Origin: Oikopleura dioica
Lineage: Eukaryota > Animalia > Chordata
Reading direction: 5' to 3'
Assembly (NCBI GenBank): GCA_907165135.1
Contig: OU015569.1
Span: 9,796,001-9,860,000 of the forward strand
DNA: 64,000 nt
Shown here: positions 12,665 through 24,735 of the stretch, piece by piece
Layout of the letters: each line of letters starts with the position of its first letter
Numbering within the stretch: the first letter of the stretch is position 1
The notes under the pieces: generated by a model
Databases searched by the model: none
The model's input: only the letters and a program-made list of their open reading frames with translations
What the model was told of the DNA's origin: nothing
Translations under genes and position numbers: made by a program

Positions 12665-12976
12665 TTAGTCGCCTTGAAAGTGTCGCCTGTGGTGGGGCGA
12701 GTTCAGGGTGGCCTTGTGGTTTCGCTCTTGGGCCAAGTATCTGGCCCTATTTTTCTGGCTGCGGGGAGCGTAATTCTTCCTCAGCCGGTGGAATCTTCGG
12801 TAAAGTTCGCTCTCTATCCGTATATTCGAGTTGGCACGCACGCTCCTGCTCAGCTCGTTCTCTTCGTTGTCTTCAATAGTTTCTATTTCCGGCATCTCTG
12901 GCTGGGCTCTGTTCACGTTGTAACCGTTAACAATCTGTGCTAGACAGAAAAATAAAAGAAATCTGCGTATTTCCAT
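12665..12976 (-). CDS. Small single-exon secreted protein, candidate prepropeptide
   Basis: 103-aa ORF with hydrophobic N-terminus (FLLFFCLAQIVNG), acidic segment, then RSVR, RR and RK basic sites. Confidence 0.45.
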   Translation of the reverse strand: MEIRRFLLFFCLAQIVNGYNVNRAQPEMPEIETIEDNEENELSRSVRANSNIRIESELYRRFHRLRKNYAPRSQKNRARYLAQERNHKATLNSPHHRRHFQGD

Positions 12977-13599
12977 TTTTTTATCGAAAGTGGCATTGGC
13001 GATTAAGGGAAGGGCCTAAACGTAGAGAAAACGCGCGACACGATGGAGAGAGTGAGCTAGAGCACTCCACCGCAGAGCAGCACCAGCGGCGCGCTTTCGA
13101 ATCGGACGATCTTAATTTCTCTAATTACCTGCTCTAACTTACTGGTTTTGCTCGGTGACAATCATATGGCTTCACAGATGACTATTGCTTAAAGATCAAC
13201 GCGCAAGAAGTGTCTGTTGTCTTTGAATCGAACATTATCAAGGGTCAAGGTGCTGTCTTTAAAAGAGAATCCACTGTCAATGGTAGCTTACCATGCAGTC
13301 CAAAAATGTAATGAAAAAGGGACATTGTTTCAATCAAGATACAAAATAAACTTGAGTAAACGAAATTGAGTTTCTGGCCATTTTCTCATTACAAATACGT
13401 TTTTTCCGAAGTAAACCTGTTCGTCTTTGACAAAGAAATCGCCCATAAGATGAGGGTAAGTGTATTAAAATATTCATAATTTGCATTCCTTTTTGAAACT
13501 TTTATGGAGTCAAAGAATTGGAATGTGTCAACACTAGATTATCGTCGATAGACATTATATAGAAGTGATTCAGAAAAAAGCTGATTACAAGGGAGCGTG

Positions 13600-15170
13600 A
13601 TTAGTACTTTATTCTGGAATGGAGCTGTGACGTTGTTTCCGTCGCGTATCGACGTGGAAAAGACGCTCTTGATTTGTCATCTGGCGTCGAAGGATTTACT
13701 CAGGCACACGTCTGGACTCAGAAAGTGCTTCTGCCAGTTCTATTTATAAGACATTGACATTCACTCATTTCCACTTATTAGTCCTCAAAGATAAGGAAGG
13801 AGAGTTTTACAATTCTATGCATTCTTGCAGCTTCTGCTAAAATTTGAAGAACGCATCAAGCTATTTTTAAGCTCGGGTCTCTTATTCTGGTTCAATCTAG
13901 TTTATGGATTGGCATTCGTAGTCTGCTTTCGTCTCTTTCGGAATTCGGAGTTCTTTCTGAAAAGGTGCCACCATGAGGGCACGATCTAAGGGCGCCCTGT
14001 CAAATAAACATCTGTAAATGTGTAAAAATACTTCCGATTAACTTATTGCTTTGACGTCATGAATATAAATTATGATCACTTTCTAGACATATTGCGATCG
14101 TTTTATATTAGCATAATCTAATCTTTTCGAAAAACAGCAATTAAAGAGCAATTAATAACAATCTCAAATAGGCCAGGAAAAGGTTAATCTTCCAAAAATA
14201 ACTTCAAGTAAGCTCACGCGCCTCCAGCTGCGCTCACACTTAGTTACAAAAAACAACATATTTTTTATAAAAGCCAATTTTTTTATCTTGGAGACCGATG
14301 ATGAACTCTCTGGAGTAACATACCTAGTAGTTGTTTGTCCACATGAATGCGGCGAATAACATCTGCCGTTTTCAGCTTTGGATTTTTAACTTTTTTCGGT
14401 TTCTCGTTTTTTTGAAGATACTGCTTTTGGTTACTTTCTCGAACTTACGTATGCAATATTATCATCTTCGTGTTGCAGTCTGTTCTAAGAAGTTTAACTT
14501 CTCAATACACGGGCGCGCTACTAAGCGCTCAAAACACGGGGTCCAATTATTGGACCACAATGCATTATCCAGCCCCGCGCGGCGCGCCGAATTCAGAGTG
14601 TGAAAAACAGCGCTCAGGACTTTTGGCTCTAATTGACGTTTCCGTCGGGTAAAAAATCTCGTGAATATATTGCTAAAAAGCTTGAACCCTCTTCTATAAA
14701 AATAAACAATTGTAAATCGTAAAATCCGTTCCGATTTTTCACCAGAGAACGAAAGAGAAATCTGGCGCAAAACGCCACCACTTTTGAGTTTTCATTCGAA
14801 ACTTCACAGAGGGGTTCGTTTTTGTCCTGTTAGCTCACATTACAAAATTCAGGTCAAACAGATAATTACAACGGGAATTACAGGGGGTCAAAGTCGCCGT
14901 GGTCCAATGATTGGACCACGTGCATTGAGAAGTTAAGAGAACTTGCTTTTCTACTTTCTTCTGACGCAAGTTGCTCTTTGCGTATACTATGATGATTATA
15001 GCTTGAGGATGACCTGAATCGACATACCAGGCAATGACTGCTCAATGGTAGCATGCTACCCATTGCTATCATCAGATTTCGAACTCTGTGCGAGAACCTT
15101 GGCGAGTGTAGCGTTACCCTTTGCCCGTACTTTTTCGATTAGAACTAGAAATGGATAAAGTGAGTGTGGC
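13600..15170 (-). CDS. Probable multi-exon gene of unknown function
   Basis: Several short open segments bounded by AG/GT with protein-like composition (e.g. 14462-14640, 14878-15000, 14330-14380). No family recognised; boundaries approximate. Confidence 0.3.
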
Positions 15171-15279
15171 GTTTTATCCGAGATCTAGGGGTGCGCCACG
15201 TTAACAGAGAACTACAGTTTCTACCTAAGGGTAAAAGTTAAAGCAAAAATGAAAAAGGATTGCATTGCCTAAATAAAAG

Positions 15280-15285
15280 AAAAAA
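15280..15285 (-). terminator. Pol III oligo-T terminator of tRNA-Ala
   Basis: T6 run on the minus strand 3 nt downstream of the tRNA 3' end. Confidence 0.75.
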
Positions 15286-15288
15286 GTG

Positions 15289-15361
15289 TGGAGATGCCGG
15301 GTATCGATCCCGGTACCTCTCGCATGCTAAGCGAGCGCTCTACCATTTGAGCTACACCCCC
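15289..15361 (-). tRNA. trnA-AGC: tRNA-Ala (anticodon AGC)
   Basis: GGGGGTGTAGCTCAAATGGTAGAGCGCTCGCTTAGCATGCGAGAGGTACCGGGATCGATACCCGGCATCTCCA folds into a 73-nt cloverleaf with the G3:U70 Ala identity pair and anticodon loop TT-AGC-AT. Confidence 0.95.
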
Positions 15362-15846
15362 TTGAAATTGGTTCCTTGATCTGACTAATTTATTACTCCA
15401 AATAATAAAATTATAGAATATGACTACGGCCGACGCGCTAAAAATCAACCCCAAGAACCCGTTGAAGTAAAGGCCTGAAACTTCGTGAGTGTGTGTATTT
15501 TTGCCCAACTAAAAAAATGTAATTGAAAGTTTTTTGGTCGAATCACGTGATCACGTACTACGGACCCTTGAAAAGCTTGAAAAGCTTGCCAACCTAGAAA
15601 TTTTTGCGCAAGGCCTGGCTCTATTTGGGTGTGGACCGACAATCTGGACCAGTTTCTACAAGTAATAGAGGATACTACTAAAGGTGATGTTTATGAAAGG
15701 GGTCTGCGAGGGTGTGACTTTGATTCGTTGTTTTTATTTTGCGAATAAAATTGGTGTTGGTCCTAAAATGGACGCTCCACCCCTTGGTCATTTACGAGTG
15801 CCGCGCAGCTAATTTCGCATTGGAGAGAAATTTTTCGAACGAGAAA

Positions 15847-17605
15847 ATGTCCGCCATCCAGGTATTTTTCATTTTTGCTTTTGAGTATGAGCTGCTAACT
15901 ACTTGTAAAAAAGACGAGAAACGGAATCGAAGAGAATGTGTTGAACTGCATCGGGTCTACTCCCCTCGTGCGGGTCAACAACATCATCAAGGCCGAGAAG
16001 CTCAAATGCGATTTATTGGTAAAATGCGAGTTCTTCAACGCCGGTGGATCGGTCAAGGATAGAATTGCAAAGCGCATGATCGAAGAAGCCGAAAAAGCTG
16101 GCAAAATCACTCCGGGAGTTACAACTATCATTGAGCCTACTTCTGGCAATACAGGAGTCGGTCTTGCTCTCCAGTGCGCCGTGAAAGGATACAGGAAGCG
16201 GATAATTTTTAAAAACAAGAAGTAAATTTCAAAATAGAATAAATCATCGTTCATTTTTGAATTGTTTATATTATCCATTAACAAGATGTATCATCTGTCT
16301 ACCGGAAAAGATGAGTCTGGAAAAGATCCGAGTTCTCAAGGCCCTTGGTGCCGAGATTATTCGAACTCGAACATCAGCTGCTTTTGACGATCCTGACTCG
16401 CATATTTCAATTGCCAAGGATCTTGAAAAGGTGCCTTGTCGAATTAATTGATATTTATTTTTTTGTCAGAGCATTCCCAATGCCTGGATTCCTGATCAAT
16501 ATACAAACATGAACAACCCCGACGCTCACTACTACGGCACCGGAGCTGAGTTGATTGAGCAGACCGGTGGCAAGATCGACGTGTTTGTCGCTGGCGCTGG
16601 AACTGGTGGTACCATCGCCGGAACTGCCAAAGTTCTCAAAGAGAAGATTCCAGGAATCAAGGTTGTCGGCGTTGATCCATACGGTTCGATCCTCGCGCAG
16701 CCAGCAGCGCTCAACACGATGGATATCACTGGATACGAAGTCGAGGGTATCGGTTATGATTTTATTCCCGATGTTCTCAACCGAAGCTGTAAGTTCTCTT
16801 TTATGGATCGTATACTCGAGTTTTGCTATTTAGATGTTGATGAATGGAGAAAATGCACTGATGAGCAGGCGATGCCAATGGCTCGACGACTTTTGAGAGA
16901 AGAAGGACTTCTTTGCGGAGGTTCATGTGGATCAGCATTCTACCACGCTCTCGGTATTCTATTCTCTTTGCAAAAGATATCAAATCATTTATAGAAATCG
17001 CGAAAACCATGCCAGAAGGAACTCGTGTCGTCTGCATTCTACCAGACTCGATTAGGAACTACATGACAAAACACCTAATGGATGAGTGGATGTGGGAGCG
17101 AGATTTTTTCACCCCTGAAGGTAACTTCCGTCCAGAAAATATAAATGTTGATAACACCATTCAATAGTTCCTGAGCAAAATGCTGAGTGGTACAACCAGA
17201 CTGTCAGATTCCTTCCCTGGAACAGAAAGACCCAAACCATCTCTGAATCCGCTACTATTCGATGCGGCTTGAGTGCAATGAAGGATGCTGATGTCGAATT
17301 TATCCCAATCGCCGATGAGGAAGGAAACATCAGCGGTGTATTCAGCCAGGTTAAAGCGATGGAATATCTTTTGGGTAAGAACATAGCAATTTACTGTGCT
17401 TACATACATTTTAGCCGGTACCGTTAATCTCGACACGAATGTTCTTAAATGCTATGAGACTTCATTCAAGTCAGTAAACCAAGATGACTCGATCGGTCTC
17501 GCCTCTCGAAAGATCCAGAACAATGGTTACGTTTTCGTCGTCGAGGACGGAAAATTTGTCAGAAGTCTTTCGCGTAAAGACATTTTTGCCCAAATCATGC
17601 AATGA
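15847..17605 (+). CDS. CBS: Cystathionine beta-synthase (PLP enzyme with C-terminal CBS-like region)
   Basis: [23 protein letters not shown] (PLP lysine), [50 protein letters not shown]. Multiple introns, including GA-AG 16195-16285. Confidence 0.95.
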
Positions 17606-17784
17606 AGTTAGAATGGAGTTGAAAATAAATTGAAATCGTTATATTAGTTTGATTTTATTGATAAATATTATACAGCGTGTACTTTTGTCTTGGTAGAAAG
17701 CGCTCAAATGATGGAGCAGAACAGTGTTTTGGTGGCAGGAATCGATGACTTAGGTTTGTTGTTCATAATATTGGTGAGCTGCTG

Positions 17785-18995
17785 CTACTTCTGCAAAACT
17801 TCAGGCAGAGAATACTCGAACAACTTGAAAGTGTTAGCAATGGAGAGCCAGTAATTAGTAATTACCTCAAAGTCTGACTTATAGAGGTCGTAAAGAGCTG
17901 AAAAATGTTCTTGATGGAAGCCATGGTAGTAGAGTCGCACGTAATCAGCGTTTGTGGTTACATCTTTTCTGGGCCAAGACACACCGAGGTTGAGTTTTTT
18001 CAGCAAGTGGTCCATATCGTAGTCGATCGTCTCCATTTTTCCAATGAAGTCGTAGTCGATTGAGCACGGGCGACAAAGGTCAAGGACGCGCATTTCAGAC
18101 CTGATAAGTTCATTTGCTAAATACACGGTAAAACCAAAGCAGAAATATGATTTTTACATTCTTCTGCTATTTCCTCTCCTTCCGCAAGCGGTCGGGGTGT
18201 TCTCGCCATAAGAAACTGCAGAAATTGGTGGAAACTTTCAACATCGAAGTAAATGTACTCATCAGCCAAATCGCGATCTTTGAGAGCGTCCATTACTTTT
18301 TTGTTGTAAAATGTGTAGGAAAGGGGGTCAGTCTTATCTCTATAAGCAGAAAGAAGTCGCTCTAGAGGCGGCCTGACGATCATGAACTTGAAATAGTCCC
18401 GAATGATTCCTTTTCTCTGCTCGACTGGGTATTCGTGAAGATATTTCAGATCCTGGCCGTGCGTAGTCGACAGCTTTCCGTTCGGTCCGTCTCGGATCTC
18501 GTCTAAGGGAACGTCTTTATAACGAGGAAACGACGATTTCAGAAATATTCTCTTCATCAAAGTTGTTGCCGCTTTCGGGACACCACAGAACATTATGCGT
18601 CTTAATTTGATAAAAGAAATGATACGATTTGTCGAGCTTACTTCTCTTCGTCTACCACAACATCCATAAAGGTATCTCTGTCATTGGCCCAGTCCTCGTA
18701 AAGATTATCCGAAAAATGAACGCATCGTTCTTTTACGTGTTCCACTCTCTCGTTGTATCGCTTCTCAGATGGTCTGAATTTCTCCTCTGAGGATCCATGT
18801 ACTTCCCAAGGATCCACTTTCTCATCTGCTAGGTACTGAGAGCCTGTTTCTCGAAAAGATCGTAAGTGAACTTGATAAACGATCGCAAAAACAAGGACGA
18901 ATGCGAGAACTGCTGTTAATAACTAAAAGCGTTTAAAATACATTTCAAACATGTTCATTTACCTTTGATCGAACTAATGCTCCGCAATTTGCCAT
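17785..18995 (-). CDS. Carbohydrate sulfotransferase (Sulfotransfer_2, CHST8-14 family), type II membrane protein
   Basis: N-terminal TM LLTAVLAFVLVFAIVY; 5'-PSB CGVPKAATT; 3'-PB VRPPLERLLSAYRDK; LCRPCSIDYDFIGKMET. Confidence 0.85.
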
Positions 18996-19237
18996 AATGG
19001 GCAATTTCTAATCATAGAAACTTCTCTGTGTCACAAATGCTATCAAATTTGCAAGCAATTGCTTCACCGACGAGTCCCAATTTTGGCAGAGCAGCTTTGG
19101 TGCTTTCTAGGTTTACTTTGCCTGGGGGCTATTAGTGGTAGCTAAGAACGACCGGTGACTCTGTCCGGGATTAGTTCGAACAGCTTAGATTGCAGTGATA
19201 CATGCTTAATCTTGTAGTTTCGATGAGAATTTAAATT

Positions 19238-19564
19238 TTATTCAACAGTTTTAAAAACGTAGTAAAGATGAAGTCGAGGAAAATTCTTCTTGATTTGGAT
19301 ATGGGTCTTGATGTTGTGATTCTCGATATCGGAAATAAGCTCGTTGAAATATCGGATTTCATTTTGAATCTCTTCCATTTGTTCAAATACAGAAGCACAA
19401 GCTAGAAATCCATGCTGGGCTGAAATGAGCCTCGCAATTGAATCAAGTCGCGAGTGTTTCTCCCTCAATTTTTTCAGCATTTTTCGGGCCTTCTTTATAG
19501 CGTGCTTGTTGATTTTTTTCTGGAAAATCATATTTTGCCGTTTTCTTCCCGGAAATGAAAACAT
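19238..19564 (-). CDS. Possible small basic/helical orphan protein (5' end uncertain)
   Basis: 108-codon ORF with amphipathic-helix-like composition; no homology recognised. Confidence 0.3.
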   Translation of the reverse strand: MFSFPGRKRQNMIFQKKINKHAIKKARKMLKKLREKHSRLDSIARLISAQHGFLACASVFEQMEEIQNEIRYFNELISDIENHNIKTHIQIKKNFPRLHLYYVFKTVE

Positions 19565-20181
19565 AACCCCTTTTATGTAAGCTGGACGTGGCGGAGCTGT
19601 TCTCGGAAACAGCTGCTTTCGCGCAGCTATCCCTTTGTTACCACCTGAAGGTCATTTTGCTTCAAAGAGAATGTAAAGACTTCGATCGCTTTGATTAAAT
19701 GATTTGATGTTCAAGATCGGAAATTAATTTTGGCAAAGTTAGAGCGATTTAAAACAACGCGAGAGTCGACAGTCAACTTGAAGTGTTCCAATTAAAGTGG
19801 TTTCCTTTTTCTGTTGGCGAGAGAGGGTGACTGCTTCTTATTCAGAATATAAGCAAAGAGCAGGAATGATCAAAAAGTGAATGTGTTTTTAGCTTTATTT
19901 GGCTCTAGTGGTCTTTCTTGTGAGTAATTAGGCTTTTCAGCTGCTCAGTTGTTATCACTTCAGTGCAGCAGCGAGCTCCCTAATCCGTCCTGTAACTGCA
20001 AATCATCGCCCCTCTCATCTCTCTGATCTCCCAGATGCCAAGCCAGAGCATTTTAACATAGTTTTCAAGAGAAGAGCGGCACAACTAGAGGAGGACGAAA
20101 TGAAAAAATAGAAAAATAAGCGATTGAGAGAGTGAAGACAAGAGAGAGAGTTCAAGTGGGAGCAGAAGAAACGGCGAGTAG

Positions 20182-23100
20182 ATGTCCATTCCGGATAGAC
20201 AAGCATTTCGGATTGGGAGCCCGATGAGGAGTCCCTCGCCGATACGCCATACGAATCGAAGCCCTGCTCCTTTCTCTGGAAATAAAATCACCTCGGTTCG
20301 TAGAATATAGAAATGTATACACGCTGAACTATGTTGAGAGGTATTTAGATAACAGTAAACAGCATATCTCGCCCTGGAACCCCAAGTGAGCGCGCGGACT
20401 CCCGCATCGAAGTAATAACACCTGACGTCCATTACTACGATCCGTCAAGCCGCTATACTCCCGACCTGCCGAACAGAAACCTTGTCCAAGCACCAACAAA
20501 CTACAGGTTCAAGTGGCAATTAGAATGATCACTATTATAGCTTCAGAGATTTTGTACAAACAACACCGCCAGCTGGTAGACGAGCAGAAAATCCCCCTGA
20601 CGGGGACGTCAAAGTCACGAAAATTATCCGCAAAGCCCCACCTGTAAGTCTATCAAATTCCTCAATTCAAATATTTTCGTCGCTAGATAATTGAATTTGT
20701 TCCCACAGCGCAAATAACAAATCTCTCATAGAGCCCTGGATCACACAGGAAGATCTCGACAGGCAGCCAGTCCGGACGACCGAGAAGAGTTCCTCCCAAG
20801 GAAAAGCAGCCCGTGCTTATTGCTTCAATAGCTAATTTCGATAATCAAGAACCGCGCAAATACTCCTCTGTGAAACCGCCAAGAATTAGTTCCGGTGCAC
20901 AAACTGATTTCTCCGATGCAGGCAGCGATATTGTCCAACCTGGTGCCGAAATATCCATTTCAATTCAAGCTGGCTTGGACTTTGCAGGCAGCCAAATATC
21001 AAGAAGAAAAGGCAGCGAAGGAAAGTGTCAAGTAGATCTGATCAATTCTCCGTCGCCAACTCCGCAGCCACGCACGCCTTCCAATGTGTCTACGCGGGAC
21101 TTTGTTCTTTCTCCGCCGCCAACTCCTCCTCCCCTAAAAAGAAAAACGTCAGATCTTGCGGACGAGATCATCAGCAAAAATGCAGATATGCTATCTTCCT
21201 TCCCACCTCCACCGTCAGACAATAACGCACCGAATCCACACGAGCTTCAGATTGGAAACGAGCTGGAAGGCCTGCCACCTGCTCAGGAACCTTCTTCTGG
21301 TAGTCCGAAAGTGCCACCGAAACCGCGTCTAGATAGAAGAACTTCTTTAAAATTGAAGCAAAGAGCGCATATCAGCTCACAAGAACTTCACAGATCAAAA
21401 GCAGGAGTTTTTGACCTGGAGAAGCCGGAAACGCCAATTTTCTCTGATGCCGAGAATTCTCACATTTCCGGAGCAATTATTTCCGATGGAAAGACTACTG
21501 CCGCGGAGGACACTGAGATTGAATCTGTCAGGGAAGGGATAAAACCACAAAAATACAGCTAGTTTAATATAGATTTCATAATAAGTAATGCTTGTTTCTG
21601 TTGTTTACTTGTCCCATGATAGAGTTCTTGACGATGATATGGATAGCCTTGCCGCTGTTTCAGTTTACCAGGAGTCTGATACTGAGAACCAGGAGCGGAT
21701 TGTAAATAACTCTTTTCATTTTGATTGACTCAACGTTTTTAATGAAAAATCTTTGCACATTATTGAAGCACTACTGAGCTATTTTTGGCAAGATTGCCCT
21801 CGTTTCATGAGTTTTTATTGAGCATCGGACGGGATAATAGTGGCGACCTTTTGAGAAACAATTCACAGCTTAGGTATAGCTTGTTGGAATGAGATAACTA
21901 GTCGGTAAACTCTGCTGAAAATAAGCGCAAGGGCAATTTCAAGCGATCTGTTGTTGCTAGAGGGCGCTTCTTCGGCCAAATTTTTTTCAGATTTCAAATT
22001 TCGACTTATTATTCATCACCTAAGACCACAGATCAAGAGAATCAGGCGAATACAAAAGAGTTATATGTGCTGCTCTTCACAGTATTTTACGAGCTGTAAG
22101 TTTATTTTATGATCCCCTTCATCCCAGGGCCGACTAAAAAGTAGCGAAATGCAAATAAGAGGTGGTAGATCTAATTGTCTTTGAACTCAAATATTACTTA
22201 ATTTGGGGCGATGTCAGAAATCAGAAACATGTGTCTTCAGAGTCTGGTATTGTTGGCAGGGTTCCAGTGTTTGAAAATTTTGTTAGCTCAGGCTCGTTAT
22301 CCAAATTTACTCTTTCATGTTTTCTGTAAATTCCAAATTCAGAATTCTAAATCCGTAATGAGACACCGCACCTGCTGACTCCGATACAGATTGGCAACAG
22401 TTCCTTGAGCACCCCAGGAGAACATCAGGAAGAAAGCACTCTAGCGAATCTTGACTGCGGAAATTTATCGACCAAATTTCTGAAAGAGGAAAAATCACGA
22501 AACACTAGACCAGGGGGAGTCAAGGAAGAGTATCTCAAAGAAGAGCGTCTTTACAGAGTCCTACACGAAAAACACTACGATGGAATAGGGCCCACGGTCG
22601 ATGAGATTCCACTTGCACTAAAGAGCACTGTAGATAAACCAAAAGACTGGTACAAATCTATGTTCAAGGCGATGCACAAGGTAAATAGACATTAATAGTA
22701 AATATTTGAAGGGAAGATCTGTTCCCACTGCCTCCTCTCTAAGTAGGTACCCAGATTTCGCGCCTCTGGATCAGTTATTTAGAATCTTTATTTTTGACAA
22801 GTAATGCAGAATATAATACATAAATTAAAACTACTATTCAGGCAGGACGAAGTGGAAATATTGCCGAAACTGGCACCGACATTTCTGACTATTTAGACGA
22901 AGAAAAGTTCAAGCAAAATGTGAAAATCCGTTCAAACCCTGGTAGTATTTCTAAGTGGTCGCCGGGTGATGCTTATGTGGCAGAAAATGACCCTAAACCG
23001 ACGTATTCGGAACTCATTTATCCAACAACCCATCTAGCAAGGTGCCGTTACATTACAAATACAGCTTATATGTTCTGCAATTTAGGGACAAAAAACCGAG

Positions 23101-24565
23101 TCTAAGAGGAGAATCAGCAAGGGATACTATCTCCGAGATCGCGTCAAAGCCATGGGCCGATTACCTCAGGTAAGAGACTTTTTGATTGATGGTGATGATT
23201 CGGGAAATTAGTCGCGAAATAAATATTAACGAATGAATTATTAGCGATGTGGAGTCTCTGCCTGTTCCGAAGAAATTGACCGACGATTTGCCGGCGAAGC
23301 AGATAAACGTCTGTAATCCTGCGCCAGTAGCCCCAATCAAGCCACTGAACATCCTCGAGGGAAGCATCATCACTTCAAAAAGGAACTATGTGACTCCCGC
23401 GCAGAAAGCTGTAGGCCAGTGGTCAAAGAGTCAAAATTATTATAAGCATTTTGCGCGTTGTTTTAAAGTCTCACAACGCGCCTGCTCAATGAGGACCACC
23501 TAGTCAGGTGCTTACATGCAAACGACCTCAAGACAATTAGTTCCTGAAACCGTGCACGACGCAGACCTATATATTTCAGGCGCAAAGAGTGCTCGGCAAA
23601 CTGCGAAAGCAACTTTTGATTTCAAAGGTCGCTCGGAGCGAGAACTCACTGTCGCCAAAAACGAAATTGTAAGACTCGCCCTATAGTTTTCAATTCCAAG
23701 CAGACAGAATTGGCGATCGAATGATTATTTAAGGTTCTCATAATAAACGATGTAGACGACAAATGGTACGAATGTGAGCTTCGTGGGCGCACTGGCTTGG
23801 TTCCCAAAAACTACTTACAATTTACTAATCAATTTCATGTTATTCAGTATGGTGAAGCGAGGGTAAACAAGTTTCGTCAAAAGATAGAAAGTAACGTTTG
23901 ATTTTCTCTAGGGCAAGCACAATTTCAAAAAGAAGAACAAGAACCAACTGTCATTCGAACGAGACGAAGAAATTCAACTGATCCGCGCAATCGATCAGAA
24001 CTGGTACGAAGCTAGAATCGGCTCAAACAAGGGATACGTGCCTAAAAACCACCTCGTCATCGTAAAAGAACCGATTACGAATCAGGATGACAAGATCGGA
24101 AAAGACCTTATTTCACCGGCGAATTCACGTTCAAGTAGCAGGACGAGCAGCAGACCCGCGTCACGAGCAATTTCAGAGTCTGAAACGCGCTCTTCGCCGA
24201 CGAAATCGCTCGCTTCTCAAGGTAATGCGGGAAATCTTCGGACATACGTTCCACGAAATGGTTTTCTGAATATTTAAGTAGCCATCTATGACCTTACCTC
24301 TGCCGCTGACGACCTCGCCAATCTATCCGCCTCTGTCACAAACGATTTGGGGGATGAAAGCACACGGCCAGAGTGGATTCCAAAGGACTCTGAGCGATTC
24401 CAAGCAGTTTACGATTTCACGCCGCAACACGACGACGAGTTAAAGCTGACGAGCGGAGACTTCGTTTATGTTTTCGAGAAATGCGCCGACGGATGGTTCA
24501 TCGGCGCGCACGGCTCCACCGGAAACATCGGCACCTTTCCCGGCAACTACACGGCCAAAGCTTAG
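20182..24565 (+). CDS. SORBS: Sorbin and SH3 domain protein (CAP/ArgBP2/vinexin family adaptor)
   Basis: SoHo motif GIGPTVDEIPLALKSTVDKPKDWYKSMFKAMHK, Pro-rich region, and three C-terminal SH3 domains (last: FQAVYDFTPQHDDELKL...DGWFIG...GTFPGNY). Start codon is tentative. Confidence 0.85.
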
Positions 24566-24735
24566 CTCTATCGCAAAACTTCTTATGCAAATATATAATA
24601 TCTCTTCTGCGAGAATTATACATGCGTTGATTGATCTACGACCCATTCGATTAATTCATATCTGCGAAAATAAGAATAAAGTTTCAACTTATAAAATGCG
24701 ACGCGTGTCCTAATTCTTATTACCAATAAATCACA

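Noticed and set aside
12990-13120. Minus-strand RRWCCSAVECSSSLSPSC resembling an insulin A chain
   Set aside because: Cys spacing is CC-x4-C-x7-C rather than CC-x3-C-x8-C, and no B-chain motif or signal exon was found.
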